From Minisyncoccia bacterium (GTDB taxonomy: Bacteria; Patescibacteriota; Minisyncoccia; SW-4-49-11), in contig JBIKVS010000009.1 of assembly GCA_044356725.1 (NCBI GenBank), forward strand, positions 1-43,056: a stretch of DNA of 43,056 bases. Direction: 5' to 3'. This document shows, piece by piece, positions 16,731-26,662 of this stretch. The stretch's first letter is position 1, and the number at the start of each line of letters is the position of its first letter. The notes under the pieces are model-generated. The model was given only the letters and a program-made list of their open reading frames with translations. It searched no databases and was not told where the DNA came from. Made by a program: the position numbers and the translations under genes.

Positions 16731-18461
16731 ATGAAAGTTATTCAACAATTTGTAGAATATTTTGAGTCTCAAGGTCATATTCAGGTAGACTCTTCCTCTT
16801 TATTACCTAAAGGGGATACTTCGGTTTTGTTTACTACTGCGGGGATGCAGCAGTTTAAGTCTTATTATCTTGGAACTCCGTCTCCGTATGGGAATCGGGT
16901 TGTGAGTGTACAGAAGTGTCTTAGAGTTGATGATATTGATGAGGTTGGGGATGAGACTCATAATACTTTTTTTGAGATGCTTGGGAATTTTTCTTTTAAT
17001 TATCCTGAGGGTGAGGGGAGTTATTTTAAGGCTGAAGCAATTAGATTTGGGTATGAATTGATTGCTGAGCAGTTAGGTATGCAGATTGATTATGTGACTA
17101 TCTTTGCTGGTGATGAGAAAAGTCCCAAAGATACTGAGACTTTAGCTATTTGGCAGGATTTAGCTCGGGAAAAGGGTATTGAATTAAAGATTAGAGAACT
17201 TGGGCGAGAGGATAATTTTTGGGGTCCTACTGGGGCAGAGGGACCTTGTGGTCCTACTACAGAGATTTTTGTAAATGATGTTGAAGTCTGGAATATTGTT
17301 TTTAATCAATATTATTCCAAAATTGGCGGTGAATTAGAGATTTTACCTCAACAGGGGGTTGATACTGGTGGTGGTTTGGAGAGAATTATGACTCAATTAG
17401 AGGGGGTTAACTCAGTTTATGACACCAGTGTCTTTTCTCCAATTATGTCTGATTTGAGAGATAGCTTCCAAGGGCAAAAAGAGTCAGTCTATAGAGTTTT
17501 ACTTGACCATATTCGGGCCAGTACTTTTCTTCTGGCTGAGGGAGTGGTACCTTCTAATAAAGAACAAGGATATGTTTTGAGGAGATTACTTCGTAAAGTG
17601 ATGAGTTTGACTAATTCTTATGATAGATCTTTGGAATTGATTTTTGATACTGTGGGGTCAATTATTGATGTCTATAAAGATAGATATCCTGATCTGGAGA
17701 CTTCTCAAGATAGTGTAAAGACTTTAATTCAGGATGAATATGCTTTGTTTCAAGATGCTTTGTCTCGTGGTATGAAAATGGCAAATAAATTATTGAAGAA
17801 AAAACGAGTCCCGCATATGTCAGGAGAAGAGGCTTTTCTTCTAGCTTCTACTTATGGGCTTTCTCCAGAAGTTTTGAAATTGCAAGGTTTGTCTTTTGAT
17901 GAGCAAGACTTTGAAGATTATAAGTCTGAACATCAGGCTATCTCTAGAGCGGGAGCTACCAAAAAATTTGGTGGGCATGGGCTTATTTTGGATAATGGTG
18001 AATTAAAAGCTGCTAATGAAGAAGAATTAGCTATTGTGACTAGACTTCATAGTGCGACTCATTTATTAAATCAGGCTTTGCGGGAAGTTTTGGGTGAAAG
18101 TGTAGAACAAAGAGGTTCTGATATTACGGCGGAGCGAACTAGATTTGACTTTAGTTTTGACAGAAAGCTTACCTCAGATGAAATTAAAGCAGTAGAAGAT
18201 AAAGTTAATTCTTATATTAATCAAGCGGCTGAGGTTGTGATTACTAATATGCCACTAGAGGAGGCAAAACAATCTGGGGCTTTGTACTTGGCTAATCGTA
18301 ATTATCCAGAATTTGTGGATGTTTATGCTTTTGGGGATATCTCTAAAGAATTGTGTGGAGGTCCGCATATTAAGAATACAAAAGAGATAGGACAGTTCAA
18401 AATCAAAAAAGAGGAAGCGGTTGCTAGCGGAGTTCGTCGTATTCGTGGTATAATAATTTAA
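16731..18461 (+). CDS. alaS: alanine--tRNA ligase, short form lacking the C-Ala domain
   Basis: LFTTAGMQQFK, QKCLR, HNTFFEMLGNFSF, GPCGP, VDTGGGLER, DHIR, HSATHLL, ELCGGPH, GVRRI; ends just after the editing domain. Confidence 0.97.
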   Translation: MKVIQQFVEYFESQGHIQVDSSSLLPKGDTSVLFTTAGMQQFKSYYLGTPSPYGNRVVSVQKCLRVDDIDEVGDETHNTFFEMLGNFSFNYPEGEGSYFKAEAIRFGYELIAEQLGMQIDYVTIFAGDEKSPKDTETLAIWQDLAREKGIELKIRELGREDNFWGPTGAEGPCGPTTEIFVNDVEVWNIVFNQYYSKIGGELEILPQQGVDTGGGLERIMTQLEGVNSVYDTSVFSPIMSDLRDSFQGQKESVYRVLLDHIRASTFLLAEGVVPSNKEQGYVLRRLLRKVMSLTNSYDRSLELIFDTVGSIIDVYKDRYPDLETSQDSVKTLIQDEYALFQDALSRGMKMANKLLKKKRVPHMSGEEAFLLASTYGLSPEVLKLQGLSFDEQDFEDYKSEHQAISRAGATKKFGGHGLILDNGELKAANEEELAIVTRLHSATHLLNQALREVLGESVEQRGSDITAERTRFDFSFDRKLTSDEIKAVEDKVNSYINQAAEVVITNMPLEEAKQSGALYLANRNYPEFVDVYAFGDISKELCGGPHIKNTKEIGQFKIKKEEAVASGVRRIRGIII

Positions 18462-18462
18462 T

Positions 18463-19059
18463 ATGAAAATAAAGCATAAAATTTTACTTAGAAAATCTCT
18501 GCATTTAAGTCTAATTATACCTTTTGGAATTTTTTGGTATTTATCTGTGCAAACTTTTGCTTATGCTCAAGAATATGCTAGATGGTTTTTGATTGCTTTT
18601 GTATCTTTATTCTTGATTTATGAGTATATTAGGCTAGACACTAAGATATGGGTGCCTTTTGCTAAATTGGTGAAGCCCAAAGAGTCTGAGACTAGTGTAG
18701 ATGGGTTTAATTTGGTGTTGGCAGCTATTGTTGCGACTAGTCTTTTTTCACCACAAATTGCAGTAGTTGCTATTTTGATTGCTATAATTGGTGACACTTT
18801 CTCTACAATTGGAGGAATTTATGGTACAATGAAAGTATTCCCAAAAACTGAAAATAAAACTACTTGGGAAGGTATATTCCTAACATTATTAGCGAACTTT
18901 TTCATTGCTGGTAGTATTCTTGGGTTTAGTCTATTTCCATTAATTCTAGCCATTGCTGGAGTGGTGATAGAAACCTATGCTACTAAGTTAGATGATAATT
19001 TGGCTATACCTTTAGGGGTTGGGCTAATTGGAGAAATAATCTTATTCATAACAACATAA
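18463..19059 (+). CDS. CTP-dependent lipid kinase-like membrane protein (dolichol/phytol kinase, DGK1 family)
   Basis: RKSLHL, IGDTFSTIGG, KTTWEG, DDNLAIP motifs; polytopic. Confidence 0.8.
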   Translation: MKIKHKILLRKSLHLSLIIPFGIFWYLSVQTFAYAQEYARWFLIAFVSLFLIYEYIRLDTKIWVPFAKLVKPKESETSVDGFNLVLAAIVATSLFSPQIAVVAILIAIIGDTFSTIGGIYGTMKVFPKTENKTTWEGIFLTLLANFFIAGSILGFSLFPLILAIAGVVIETYATKLDDNLAIPLGVGLIGEIILFITT

Positions 19060-19069
19060 ACTTATTAAT

Positions 19070-20278
19070 ATGTTTGGAAAAAAAGAAATACTACAACCTT
19101 TAATAATAGATATCTCAGAAAATAGAGTATCTGTACTAGACTATACAATAGATACAAAAACTGGTAATACTATTATTCAAGCTTTGGGCGAAACTAAATT
19201 GCCTTTTGGGGTTGTTGGGACAGATTTTATAGAACAGGAAGATATTTTGATACAGTCTATTGAGGAAGCTATTACTCAAGTTAGACCAGTTAATTCTAAT
19301 GTTAAGGAGCAATCGAGTGTTGTATTTGGAGTTTCTGGTCCAATGGTTGAAGTTGTGCCAAGAGTAATTGAATTACAAAGAGAAAATCCTAATCATAAAA
19401 TTCGATCTAAAGAATGGGTTAATGCGATTGATGATGTGTATTCTAAATTCGACGCTGAAGTTTATAATAGTGCTCAAGGACATAATTCACCACTGTCGCT
19501 TGTTCAAATTTCACTTAATAATATTATTTTAGATGGACAAGAATTTATTTCTCCAATTGATGAAAAGGCAGAGCAAATTACCCTAGATACTATTAATACC
19601 TATATTCCTACTAATTATAAACAATCTTTGATCAATATAGCTAAAGCCAATGATTTGCAAATAGAAGGAGTATATCATTATGACTTTGGAGTGGGACAGT
19701 TAATATTAGATTATAATACGAATAAAGATATATCTATAATTCTCGTAGATATTAGATTTGGGCACACTAGTATTAGTTTGATACAGAATCAAAAAATTAC
19801 TTATGCTTATTCATTCAGTGTTGGTAGCCATAGTTTTACTCAAGCCATTGCTAATACTTTCCAGATTACTATTGATGAGGCTGAAACTGTGCGTCAAGAA
19901 TATAGTATGTTGCAATTACCACGAGATATGTCTCGCAAAATTACAGATGCTCTAGAGGCTGAAATCTCTCTTTGGCTACAAGGAGTTATATATTCTCTCA
20001 AGTCTCTGAATATAAATGATAGTCCTACACATATCTTTTTATATGGAGAGGGTGCATCTTTATTAGGTGTGAAAGAATCTTTGGAATATAGTACTTGGTA
20101 TAAATCTCTTAGTTTAACCCAAAAACCTTCACTATCTATTTTAACTCCTAAGCAATTCTCTCATATTGTGGATATGACTAGTCATATTGAGGGTTCTAGA
20201 TTTGTAGATATGCTAGGATTAGTTCATCTCTCAAGTATTCCTTTAGACATTCATTTACCTTATCGTATAAGCGAATAA
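19070..20278 (+). CDS. FtsA/PilM-like actin-fold protein
   Basis: IIDIS, LVDIRFGHT, VGSHSFTQAI, EAETVR, LYGEGASLLG actin-like motifs; IILDGQ subdomain suggests FtsA-like. Confidence 0.75.
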   Translation: MFGKKEILQPLIIDISENRVSVLDYTIDTKTGNTIIQALGETKLPFGVVGTDFIEQEDILIQSIEEAITQVRPVNSNVKEQSSVVFGVSGPMVEVVPRVIELQRENPNHKIRSKEWVNAIDDVYSKFDAEVYNSAQGHNSPLSLVQISLNNIILDGQEFISPIDEKAEQITLDTINTYIPTNYKQSLINIAKANDLQIEGVYHYDFGVGQLILDYNTNKDISIILVDIRFGHTSISLIQNQKITYAYSFSVGSHSFTQAIANTFQITIDEAETVRQEYSMLQLPRDMSRKITDALEAEISLWLQGVIYSLKSLNINDSPTHIFLYGEGASLLGVKESLEYSTWYKSLSLTQKPSLSILTPKQFSHIVDMTSHIEGSRFVDMLGLVHLSSIPLDIHLPYRISE

Positions 20279-20280
20279 AT

Positions 20281-21852
20281 ATGAAATCTCATACATCCAA
20301 AAAATCCATCATTATAAATCCCAAAGATAGTTTAGCTGATGTCATTTATCAGATAAAGAGTTATGCCAGTCAGAACAAAAATACCTCCGTATACATACCG
20401 GATTCTATGTATATGTTGTACAATCCTGTTAATAGGGAGTTGTTTACAAATAGTATCAAGCAATTATCAGATAAATATGATATAGATCTATATAGTACAG
20501 ATAATAATCTGATATATTTACTCAAGGATGCAGATATCAAGGTTAAATATTTAGATAATATACAGGATATAGAGGTTGACTCTCATCCACAAGAGGATGC
20601 TTCTTATACTGATTTTCTGGCTTATAAACAAGCTATCCAAGATAATCCAGAACAACATTCTATACAGTCAGAACCAGTTTTCCAGGCTTCCAATAGTAAT
20701 AATAGCATTAATATACCTACAAAAAGACATACTCAGAATAATTCCAAACCAGTTTCTAAAGGATTACTATATTTTGCGATAATTCTAGGTATAGTGTTTG
20801 CTTCTTTATTATCTTTAATACTTATCCCAAAAGCTGAAATCACAATTAAAACTAAAACCGAAGAATTATCCAAGGACTTCGAGGTGACTTTTGACCCTAA
20901 TATTACTGACATTAGTTTAGAAAATAGAACTGTGCCATCTACAGTAGATATTATTTCAGCTTCAGTAGATGGAACTTATGAAGCTACTGGTTCACAAACA
21001 GGTGGAACTAGAGCAGAAGGAAATATAACTATTATCAATAAAACTTCTACATCACAACAATTAGTCTCAAATACTAGATTTCGCTCAGAGCAAGGAAAAC
21101 AATTTAGACTTGTCGAATCTGTAACTGTTCAAGGCAATGCTTCTGTTGAGGCCAAGATTAGAGCTGAAGCCGTCGGAACCGATTATAATATACCTGCTGG
21201 TAGACTTACAATCCCTGGTCTGGAAGATACTCCAACTAAATTTACAAATATATATGGAGAATTAAAGACAGATTTGAAGAACGGAACATCTGAAGATAGT
21301 ATTGTAGTTACTAATGAAGATATAGATAAGGCTAGGGTGGATTTACAAAAGAAATTAACCGAAGTAGTGAATACTCAAGTCACAGAAAAAGAAGGCTTGA
21401 AAGCTCTGGCTATTCAAAGTAAATTGAATGATATTAAATATGAAGGACTACCAAGTGTTGGTGAAGGTGTGAGAAGTTTTAATGTGAAAGCTAGCAGTAG
21501 TTTATCAGGAGTTTTTTATAAAGAAGAGGATTTAGATAAAGTTATTAAATCTATATTAGAGACTCAAGTCTTAGAATCTCAAGAATTGGGAGATATTAAT
21601 ATTCAGTTTGATAGACAGCAAGAATTTCCTGACAAACAAGCTGTTAAAATTCGAGTATATGTAAATTACAAGATTCTAAATAAATTTGACCAAGATAAAA
21701 TAATTAATAATATTAGATTAAAGACAGTTAATCAATCTAAATCTTATCTGGAAAATTTGGATAATGTTGATACGGTAGATTTAAACCTTACTCCTGGTTT
21801 CAGTCCAATTATACCAATTCTCAAATCTAGAATTAGTATAAATATTGAATAA
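20281..21852 (+). CDS. single-TM protein with baseplate J/gp47-like extracytoplasmic region
   Basis: TM then PKAEITI; ATG..RAEGNITIIN, QQLVSNTRF, AEAVGTDYNI, TIPGL, VVTNEDIDKA motifs; follows the FtsA-like gene. Confidence 0.65.
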   Translation: MKSHTSKKSIIINPKDSLADVIYQIKSYASQNKNTSVYIPDSMYMLYNPVNRELFTNSIKQLSDKYDIDLYSTDNNLIYLLKDADIKVKYLDNIQDIEVDSHPQEDASYTDFLAYKQAIQDNPEQHSIQSEPVFQASNSNNSINIPTKRHTQNNSKPVSKGLLYFAIILGIVFASLLSLILIPKAEITIKTKTEELSKDFEVTFDPNITDISLENRTVPSTVDIISASVDGTYEATGSQTGGTRAEGNITIINKTSTSQQLVSNTRFRSEQGKQFRLVESVTVQGNASVEAKIRAEAVGTDYNIPAGRLTIPGLEDTPTKFTNIYGELKTDLKNGTSEDSIVVTNEDIDKARVDLQKKLTEVVNTQVTEKEGLKALAIQSKLNDIKYEGLPSVGEGVRSFNVKASSSLSGVFYKEEDLDKVIKSILETQVLESQELGDINIQFDRQQEFPDKQAVKIRVYVNYKILNKFDQDKIINNIRLKTVNQSKSYLENLDNVDTVDLNLTPGFSPIIPILKSRISINIE

Positions 21853-22324
21853 TATGAATATTATTTGGCCATGGCTATTACCACTTATCCCTCTGACATG
21901 GGGTTTGATAGATGTAGTAAGACTTAAAAATTTTTTAGAAGATAGAGGTTGGCTAAAGTTAGCTTTAGATAAAAGTGAATTAGAAAGATTGACTTTAATT
22001 AGAGCTATATTAATAGCATTAATAATATTTTTTGTAATCCTAGCCTCAGGTAAGACTCAACTTATTGTCGGAATGATAGGTATGATAATGGGAGCTTTAA
22101 TTATGTATTACTCAGAAGCCATTCATAGAATGTTTGGTATAGGAGGCGGTCCGGATTCAAAGTTCAGAGGAGATACACAAGTAAAGTTAGTGGGGCTGAT
22201 TATGTGTATTTTGTCAGGGCTTTGGATGTCAGGGATTACACAGGGATTATTGCTTTGGTTTTTGCAAACTTCTAATTTATTACCCGACCCTGATTTAATA
22301 TCATATTTCAGCAGCTCTATTTAA
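21845..22324 (+). CDS. polytopic membrane hypothetical protein
   Basis: About four TM helices; 3' end overlaps the convergent sua5 by 24 nt; start may be ATG 21853. Confidence 0.65.
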   Translation: MNNMNIIWPWLLPLIPLTWGLIDVVRLKNFLEDRGWLKLALDKSELERLTLIRAILIALIIFFVILASGKTQLIVGMIGMIMGALIMYYSEAIHRMFGIGGGPDSKFRGDTQVKLVGLIMCILSGLWMSGITQGLLLWFLQTSNLLPDPDLISYFSSSI

Positions 22325-23278
22325 TCTATCCATAATGGCTATCCCCAAACCTTCGGGTTTAAAACTCTCAGCTAATATAATATCTACTTTCTGGGAGTCA
22401 AAATAGTGTAGTCCAGCATATAGATTAGACGATATAGTCTTATAATTATCTCTAGAACCTAAATCAAAACCAATTACTTGAGAAGGTAATATCTGATAAA
22501 TTTCACTAGAGACTAAAGCCCCTACTTTATAGCCTTGAGTTAAATAAAATTCTATTTTAGAAATAATATCTCCGTTCAAGGGTATTAATTCCAACTTAGC
22601 TTCTGGAGCATAATGTCTATATTTCATCCCAGGGGATTGTATCTTAGTTGTTTTTTGAGATAATTCTACTTTACTTCCTAATACTTGCTCAATTTGTTCT
22701 TGAGTAATATATCCTTGTCTCAAAATTATTGGATGTTTTGGAATGGTATTAATTACAGTAGACTCCAGACCTATTTCACTTGGCTCACCATCTATTATAA
22801 AAACTTTATTACTAAAATAATCTCTAATCTGTTGAGTTTGAGTAGAACTAGGTTTACCTGAAGGATTGACTGAAGGAGCCGCTAAAGGAACACCACACTC
22901 CGAAATAAATTGCCTCGCAATAGGATTGCTAGGAAAACGAATGACCACCGTATCAAGACTAGCTGTGACAATATCTGGTATAAGTTCAGATTTTGGGAAT
23001 ACAAGACTGAGAGGTCCAGGCCAAAATTGATCAATTAGCTTTTGATTGTCTATTGAAATATTATTAACCAATTGAGGCAATATTTCAAGTGAACTAATGT
23101 GCACAATCAGAGGATTATCAGCAGGTCTATTTTTGAGCTTGAAAATTTTAGCAATAGCTTGTTCATCAAAAACATTAGCCCCTAAGCCATATACAGTCTC
23201 AGTCGGGAAAGCTACAATACCACTATTTTGAATGATTGTAGCACCTTGCTTAATTTGTGCATCTAAATCTAACTTCAT
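22301..23278 (-). CDS. sua5: L-threonylcarbamoyladenylate synthase (Sua5 type)
   Basis: VAFPTETVYGLGA, KNRPADNPLIVH, FWPGPL, AAPSVNPSG, GLESTV, SPGMKYRHYAP, AIMDRLNRAA. Confidence 0.96.
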   Translation of the reverse strand: MKLDLDAQIKQGATIIQNSGIVAFPTETVYGLGANVFDEQAIAKIFKLKNRPADNPLIVHISSLEILPQLVNNISIDNQKLIDQFWPGPLSLVFPKSELIPDIVTASLDTVVIRFPSNPIARQFISECGVPLAAPSVNPSGKPSSTQTQQIRDYFSNKVFIIDGEPSEIGLESTVINTIPKHPIILRQGYITQEQIEQVLGSKVELSQKTTKIQSPGMKYRHYAPEAKLELIPLNGDIISKIEFYLTQGYKVGALVSSEIYQILPSQVIGFDLGSRDNYKTISSNLYAGLHYFDSQKVDIILAESFKPEGLGIAIMDRLNRAAEI

Positions 23279-23335
23279 ATATTAATTATAGAATTAAAAT
23301 AGTATAATATATTTATATATTAATATCAATAAATT

Positions 23336-24433
23336 ATGAATTATAACACTATTAGCCTACATTGCTTTAACACCTTACCTCAAATTGGACCAAAATCTCT
23401 AGCTAAAATTCAAGAGGCAGGAGCCCATAGACTTTGGTTAGAAGGTAATTTAAGTGAGTTTCAATCCATTCTAGGACCTAGAGCGAGATTAGATTGGTAT
23501 CAGGAATTTAGTCAATTAAATCGAGAAAAATTTTTAGAACAAGAATTAAGTTATTTAACACAAGAAAATATTCAAGTTATAACAAGACAAGATGAAAGTT
23601 ATCCAAATAAATTATTAGAAATCTCTACTCCATCTACAATTCTATATGTGAAAGGAGATATTACTGGACTTGACAATGCTTTATCTATAGTAGGAACTCG
23701 TAAATATACACCTTATGGGGCTAGAATAGCTGAAAAACTAAGTAGGGAATTATCTGAGGCCGGTATCCCAATTATTAGTGGATTGGCCTTAGGGATAGAT
23801 AGTATTGCTCATAGAGGTTGTCTAGATGGTAATAGTAAAACTATTGCTATATTAGGGGGAGGTATGTCATCGCAAGCTCTATATCCAAGAACAAATCAAT
23901 CTCTAGCTAATGCCATTGTATCTAGTGGGGGAGCCTTAGTTAGTGAATTTCCACCCAAAAGTAAGCCCAGAAGAGAAAACTTTGTATTAAGAAATCGTAT
24001 AGTTAGTGGAATTGCAAGAGGAATATTGGTAATAGAAGCTCCTATAAAAAGCGGAACTATGACTACAGTCAAATATGCTCTAGAACAAAATCGAGACGTA
24101 TTTGCAATTCCTGGTAATATAGATGTCAAAAATAGTGAAGGAACTAATCAACTAATCAAACAAGGAGCATATATAGTAACTCAAGTAGAGGATATATTGA
24201 ATGTATTTGGTTTAGAAATAATCAAAAGAGAACTAGATTTAAGCCAATTTGAACCAGAACAAATAGTCATATTACAACATTTGAAACATACTCCACTAAC
24301 TATAGAAAAGCTATCTGAACTCACTCAACAAGAGGTAATGGATTTAATGGCTACATTATCCATCTTAGAATTATCTGGCATCGTTACTTTAGGAGCTCAA
24401 GGAGAATATTCCCTTAATATAAGAATAGATTAG
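23336..24433 (+). CDS. dprA: DNA-processing protein DprA
   Basis: YPNKL, SIVGTR, IISGLALGIDSIAH, FVLRNRIVSG, VIEAPIKSG, VFAIPG, NQLIKQGA, C-terminal winged helix. Confidence 0.96.
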   Translation: MNYNTISLHCFNTLPQIGPKSLAKIQEAGAHRLWLEGNLSEFQSILGPRARLDWYQEFSQLNREKFLEQELSYLTQENIQVITRQDESYPNKLLEISTPSTILYVKGDITGLDNALSIVGTRKYTPYGARIAEKLSRELSEAGIPIISGLALGIDSIAHRGCLDGNSKTIAILGGGMSSQALYPRTNQSLANAIVSSGGALVSEFPPKSKPRRENFVLRNRIVSGIARGILVIEAPIKSGTMTTVKYALEQNRDVFAIPGNIDVKNSEGTNQLIKQGAYIVTQVEDILNVFGLEIIKRELDLSQFEPEQIVILQHLKHTPLTIEKLSELTQQEVMDLMATLSILELSGIVTLGAQGEYSLNIRID

Positions 24434-24454
24434 TGTAGTGTGATTTTTTGAAGT

Positions 24455-24757
24455 GTAGGGGCGACCTTTCAGTCGCCTGTAATTGTATTAAAATTCCCCT
24501 CTCTGCCTACGGTAGATAAATTGAGGGGTGGACGCTTCGCTGGACGGGGTGGATGTATTTTGCAATTTGAGCTAATGTCTCCCTTTTTAACTGCCGTAGG
24601 TAGTTGGAGGGAGTACCCGAAGGGGGAGGGAGGATAAACTTTGGAATACTAAAATAAACACTTGTTTGTATCAATATTACACTCTATCCACCACCGGCAC
24701 TTCGTGCCACCTCCTCCAAAGGAGGACAAATACAGGGGACTGAAAGGTCTCCCCTAA
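24455..24757. repeat. composite repeat cluster 4 bracketed by an inverted pair of GTAG-type REPs
   Basis: GTAGGGGCGACCTTTCAGTCGCCT 24455-24478 and inverted variant 24734-24757 enclose modules at 24494-24554, 24577-24634, 24686-24727. Confidence 0.9.
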
Positions 24758-24862
24758 GAAACTCACAACTAATAATTTGTCTATAATCATCTCATCCAGT
24801 ACAGCTACTAGTAAATACACATAAAATATGATATAATTATATTAATAATATAAGAATAAATT

Positions 24863-26254
24863 ATGAGTATTATAGCTACTACTGATCTAGTTGGACAAGA
24901 AGTTGATATTGCAGGTTGGGTAGATACCAAAAGAGACCATGGTAAAATAGCTTTTATCGATTTAAGAGACAGGACATCTAAAGTTCAGGTAGTTTTGGTC
25001 CCTGCTAGTCTTGATGAGGAATCAAAATCTTTAATGTCAGAAATTAGACCAGAATGGGTTTTGAAAATCCATGGTTTAGTGAAGGCTAGACCAGAGAGAT
25101 TGATAAATCCTGACTTAGCAACAGGTGCTATTGAAATAGAAGCGTTATCAATTGAGGTATTAAATACGGCTATTACTCCAATTTTTCCTCTAGAACAGGA
25201 TAAAAATGAAATTAGTGAAGAATTGAGATTACAGTATAGATACTTAGATTTGAGAAGACCTAGTATGTATAATAATCTTTTTAAAAGACATCAGGTCAAT
25301 CAATTTGTCAGAAACTTTTTAGATAATGAAGAATTTATTGAAGTGGAAACTCCTATCTTGACTAAATCTACTCCTGAAGGAGCAAGAGACTTTATAGTAC
25401 CATCTCGTCATCAATCTGGAAGTTTTTATGCTTTACCACAATCTCCACAGCAATATAAGCAATTACTTATGGCTGGGGGAGTAGAGAAGTATTTTCAAAT
25501 TGCTCGATGTTTTAGAGATGAAGATACTCGTAAAGATAGACAACCAGAGTTTACTCAGCTAGATATGGAAATGAGTTTTGTCTCGGCAGAAGATGTAATG
25601 AATTTGAATGAAAAACTATTAATAGAACTGGTGCAAACTTTGTATCCAGAAAAGAAGATTCAATCCATTCCTTTCCCAAGGATTAGCTATGCTGAAGCAA
25701 TGGAAAAATATGGGAATGATAGACCGGACATTAGAGAAGATAAATCAGATGACAATCTATTAGCTTTTTGTTGGATTGTAGACTTTCCACAGTTTGAAAG
25801 GACAGAAGACGGTAAGTGGACATTCTCCCATAATCCTTTCTCAGCCCCTAAACCAGAATATATGGAGCAATTATTATCCAAAACAGATATAGAAAATATA
25901 ATTTCTACTCAATATGACATTGTTTTGAATGGGTTTGAAATTGGAGGTGGGAGTATTAGAAATCATCAAGCAGAAGCTTTGAGAAAGGTTTTAGAAATTA
26001 TTGGCTATGAAGGAGAAGTTGTGGATAATGCTTTTGGACATATTCTAACCGCTCTATCCTCAGGAACTCCACCTCATGGAGGAATTGCTTGGGGACTAGA
26101 CAGATTATTGGCAGTATTGCAAAATGAATCTAGTATTAGAGAAGTAATTGCTTTTCCGAAAACTGGAGATGCTTATGACCCAATGATGCAGTCTCCAAGT
26201 GCGGTATCAATAGAGCAATTAGTAGAGCTTGGAATAGGGATCAAAAAACAATAG
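24863..26254 (+). CDS. aspS: aspartate--tRNA ligase, bacterial type without GAD insertion
   Basis: RDHGKIAFIDLRD, RLQYRYLDLR, TPEGARDF, LPQSPQQYKQLLM, CFRDED, RQPEFTQLDME, GGGSIRNH, PPHGGIAWGLDR; only 463 aa. Confidence 0.97.
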   Translation: MSIIATTDLVGQEVDIAGWVDTKRDHGKIAFIDLRDRTSKVQVVLVPASLDEESKSLMSEIRPEWVLKIHGLVKARPERLINPDLATGAIEIEALSIEVLNTAITPIFPLEQDKNEISEELRLQYRYLDLRRPSMYNNLFKRHQVNQFVRNFLDNEEFIEVETPILTKSTPEGARDFIVPSRHQSGSFYALPQSPQQYKQLLMAGGVEKYFQIARCFRDEDTRKDRQPEFTQLDMEMSFVSAEDVMNLNEKLLIELVQTLYPEKKIQSIPFPRISYAEAMEKYGNDRPDIREDKSDDNLLAFCWIVDFPQFERTEDGKWTFSHNPFSAPKPEYMEQLLSKTDIENIISTQYDIVLNGFEIGGGSIRNHQAEALRKVLEIIGYEGEVVDNAFGHILTALSSGTPPHGGIAWGLDRLLAVLQNESSIREVIAFPKTGDAYDPMMQSPSAVSIEQLVELGIGIKKQ

Positions 26255-26283
26255 TTGACTATAATAGGGATTATTGGTACAAT
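26255..26283 (+). promoter_or_regulatory. sigma70 promoter for tRNA-Pro
   Basis: TTGACT, 17 nt, TG-extended TACAAT. Confidence 0.7.
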
Positions 26284-26296
26284 GATATAACTTATG

Positions 26297-26369
26297 CGGG
26301 AAGTGGCGCAATGGCTAGCGCACCTGGTTTGGGACCAGGGGGCTGCAGGTTCGAGTCCTGTCTTCCCGA
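26297..26369 (+). tRNA. tRNA-Pro(TGG), CCA not encoded
   Basis: Acceptor CGGGAAG/CTTCCCG, anticodon arm CCTGG-TTTGGGA-CCAGG, T arm GCAGG-TTCGAGT-CCTGT. Confidence 0.95.
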
Positions 26370-26404
26370 CAATAATTTTTTATATTATATAGATATACTG
26401 GTCT

Positions 26405-26433
26405 TTGACTTTATATACAAATTATAATATAAT
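26405..26433 (+). promoter_or_regulatory. consensus sigma70 promoter
   Basis: TTGACT, 17 nt, TATAAT, upstream of a small ORF at 26467. Confidence 0.65.
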
Positions 26434-26466
26434 TCATATTATAAATACTAAACATACACATCCAAT

Positions 26467-26628
26467 ATGAATCCGCAAGATACTGAAACAGTTACCAAAA
26501 TCACCATAGAAGATATTAGTTCCCATCAGACAGAGACTGTGGAAGTGACTCATAAAGATGAAGCAGAGATGATTCCAGAACGAGAAAATGCCATCAAGAT
26601 CCCTTTAGATAATATAGTTAAGAAGTAA
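26467..26628 (+). CDS. small acidic protein (53 aa), not in ORF track
   Basis: MNPQDTETVTKITIEDISSHQTETVEVTHKDEAEMIPERENAIKIPLDNIVKK*, preceded by a consensus promoter. Confidence 0.55.
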   Translation: MNPQDTETVTKITIEDISSHQTETVEVTHKDEAEMIPERENAIKIPLDNIVKK

Positions 26629-26662
26629 TAATATATGAATATTCAGGAACAAGTCAAATTAC

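Noticed and set aside
20281-21852. Prophage or tailocin suggested by the baseplate-J-like protein
   Set aside because: No other phage structural genes; the protein has a TM anchor and sits in a housekeeping operon
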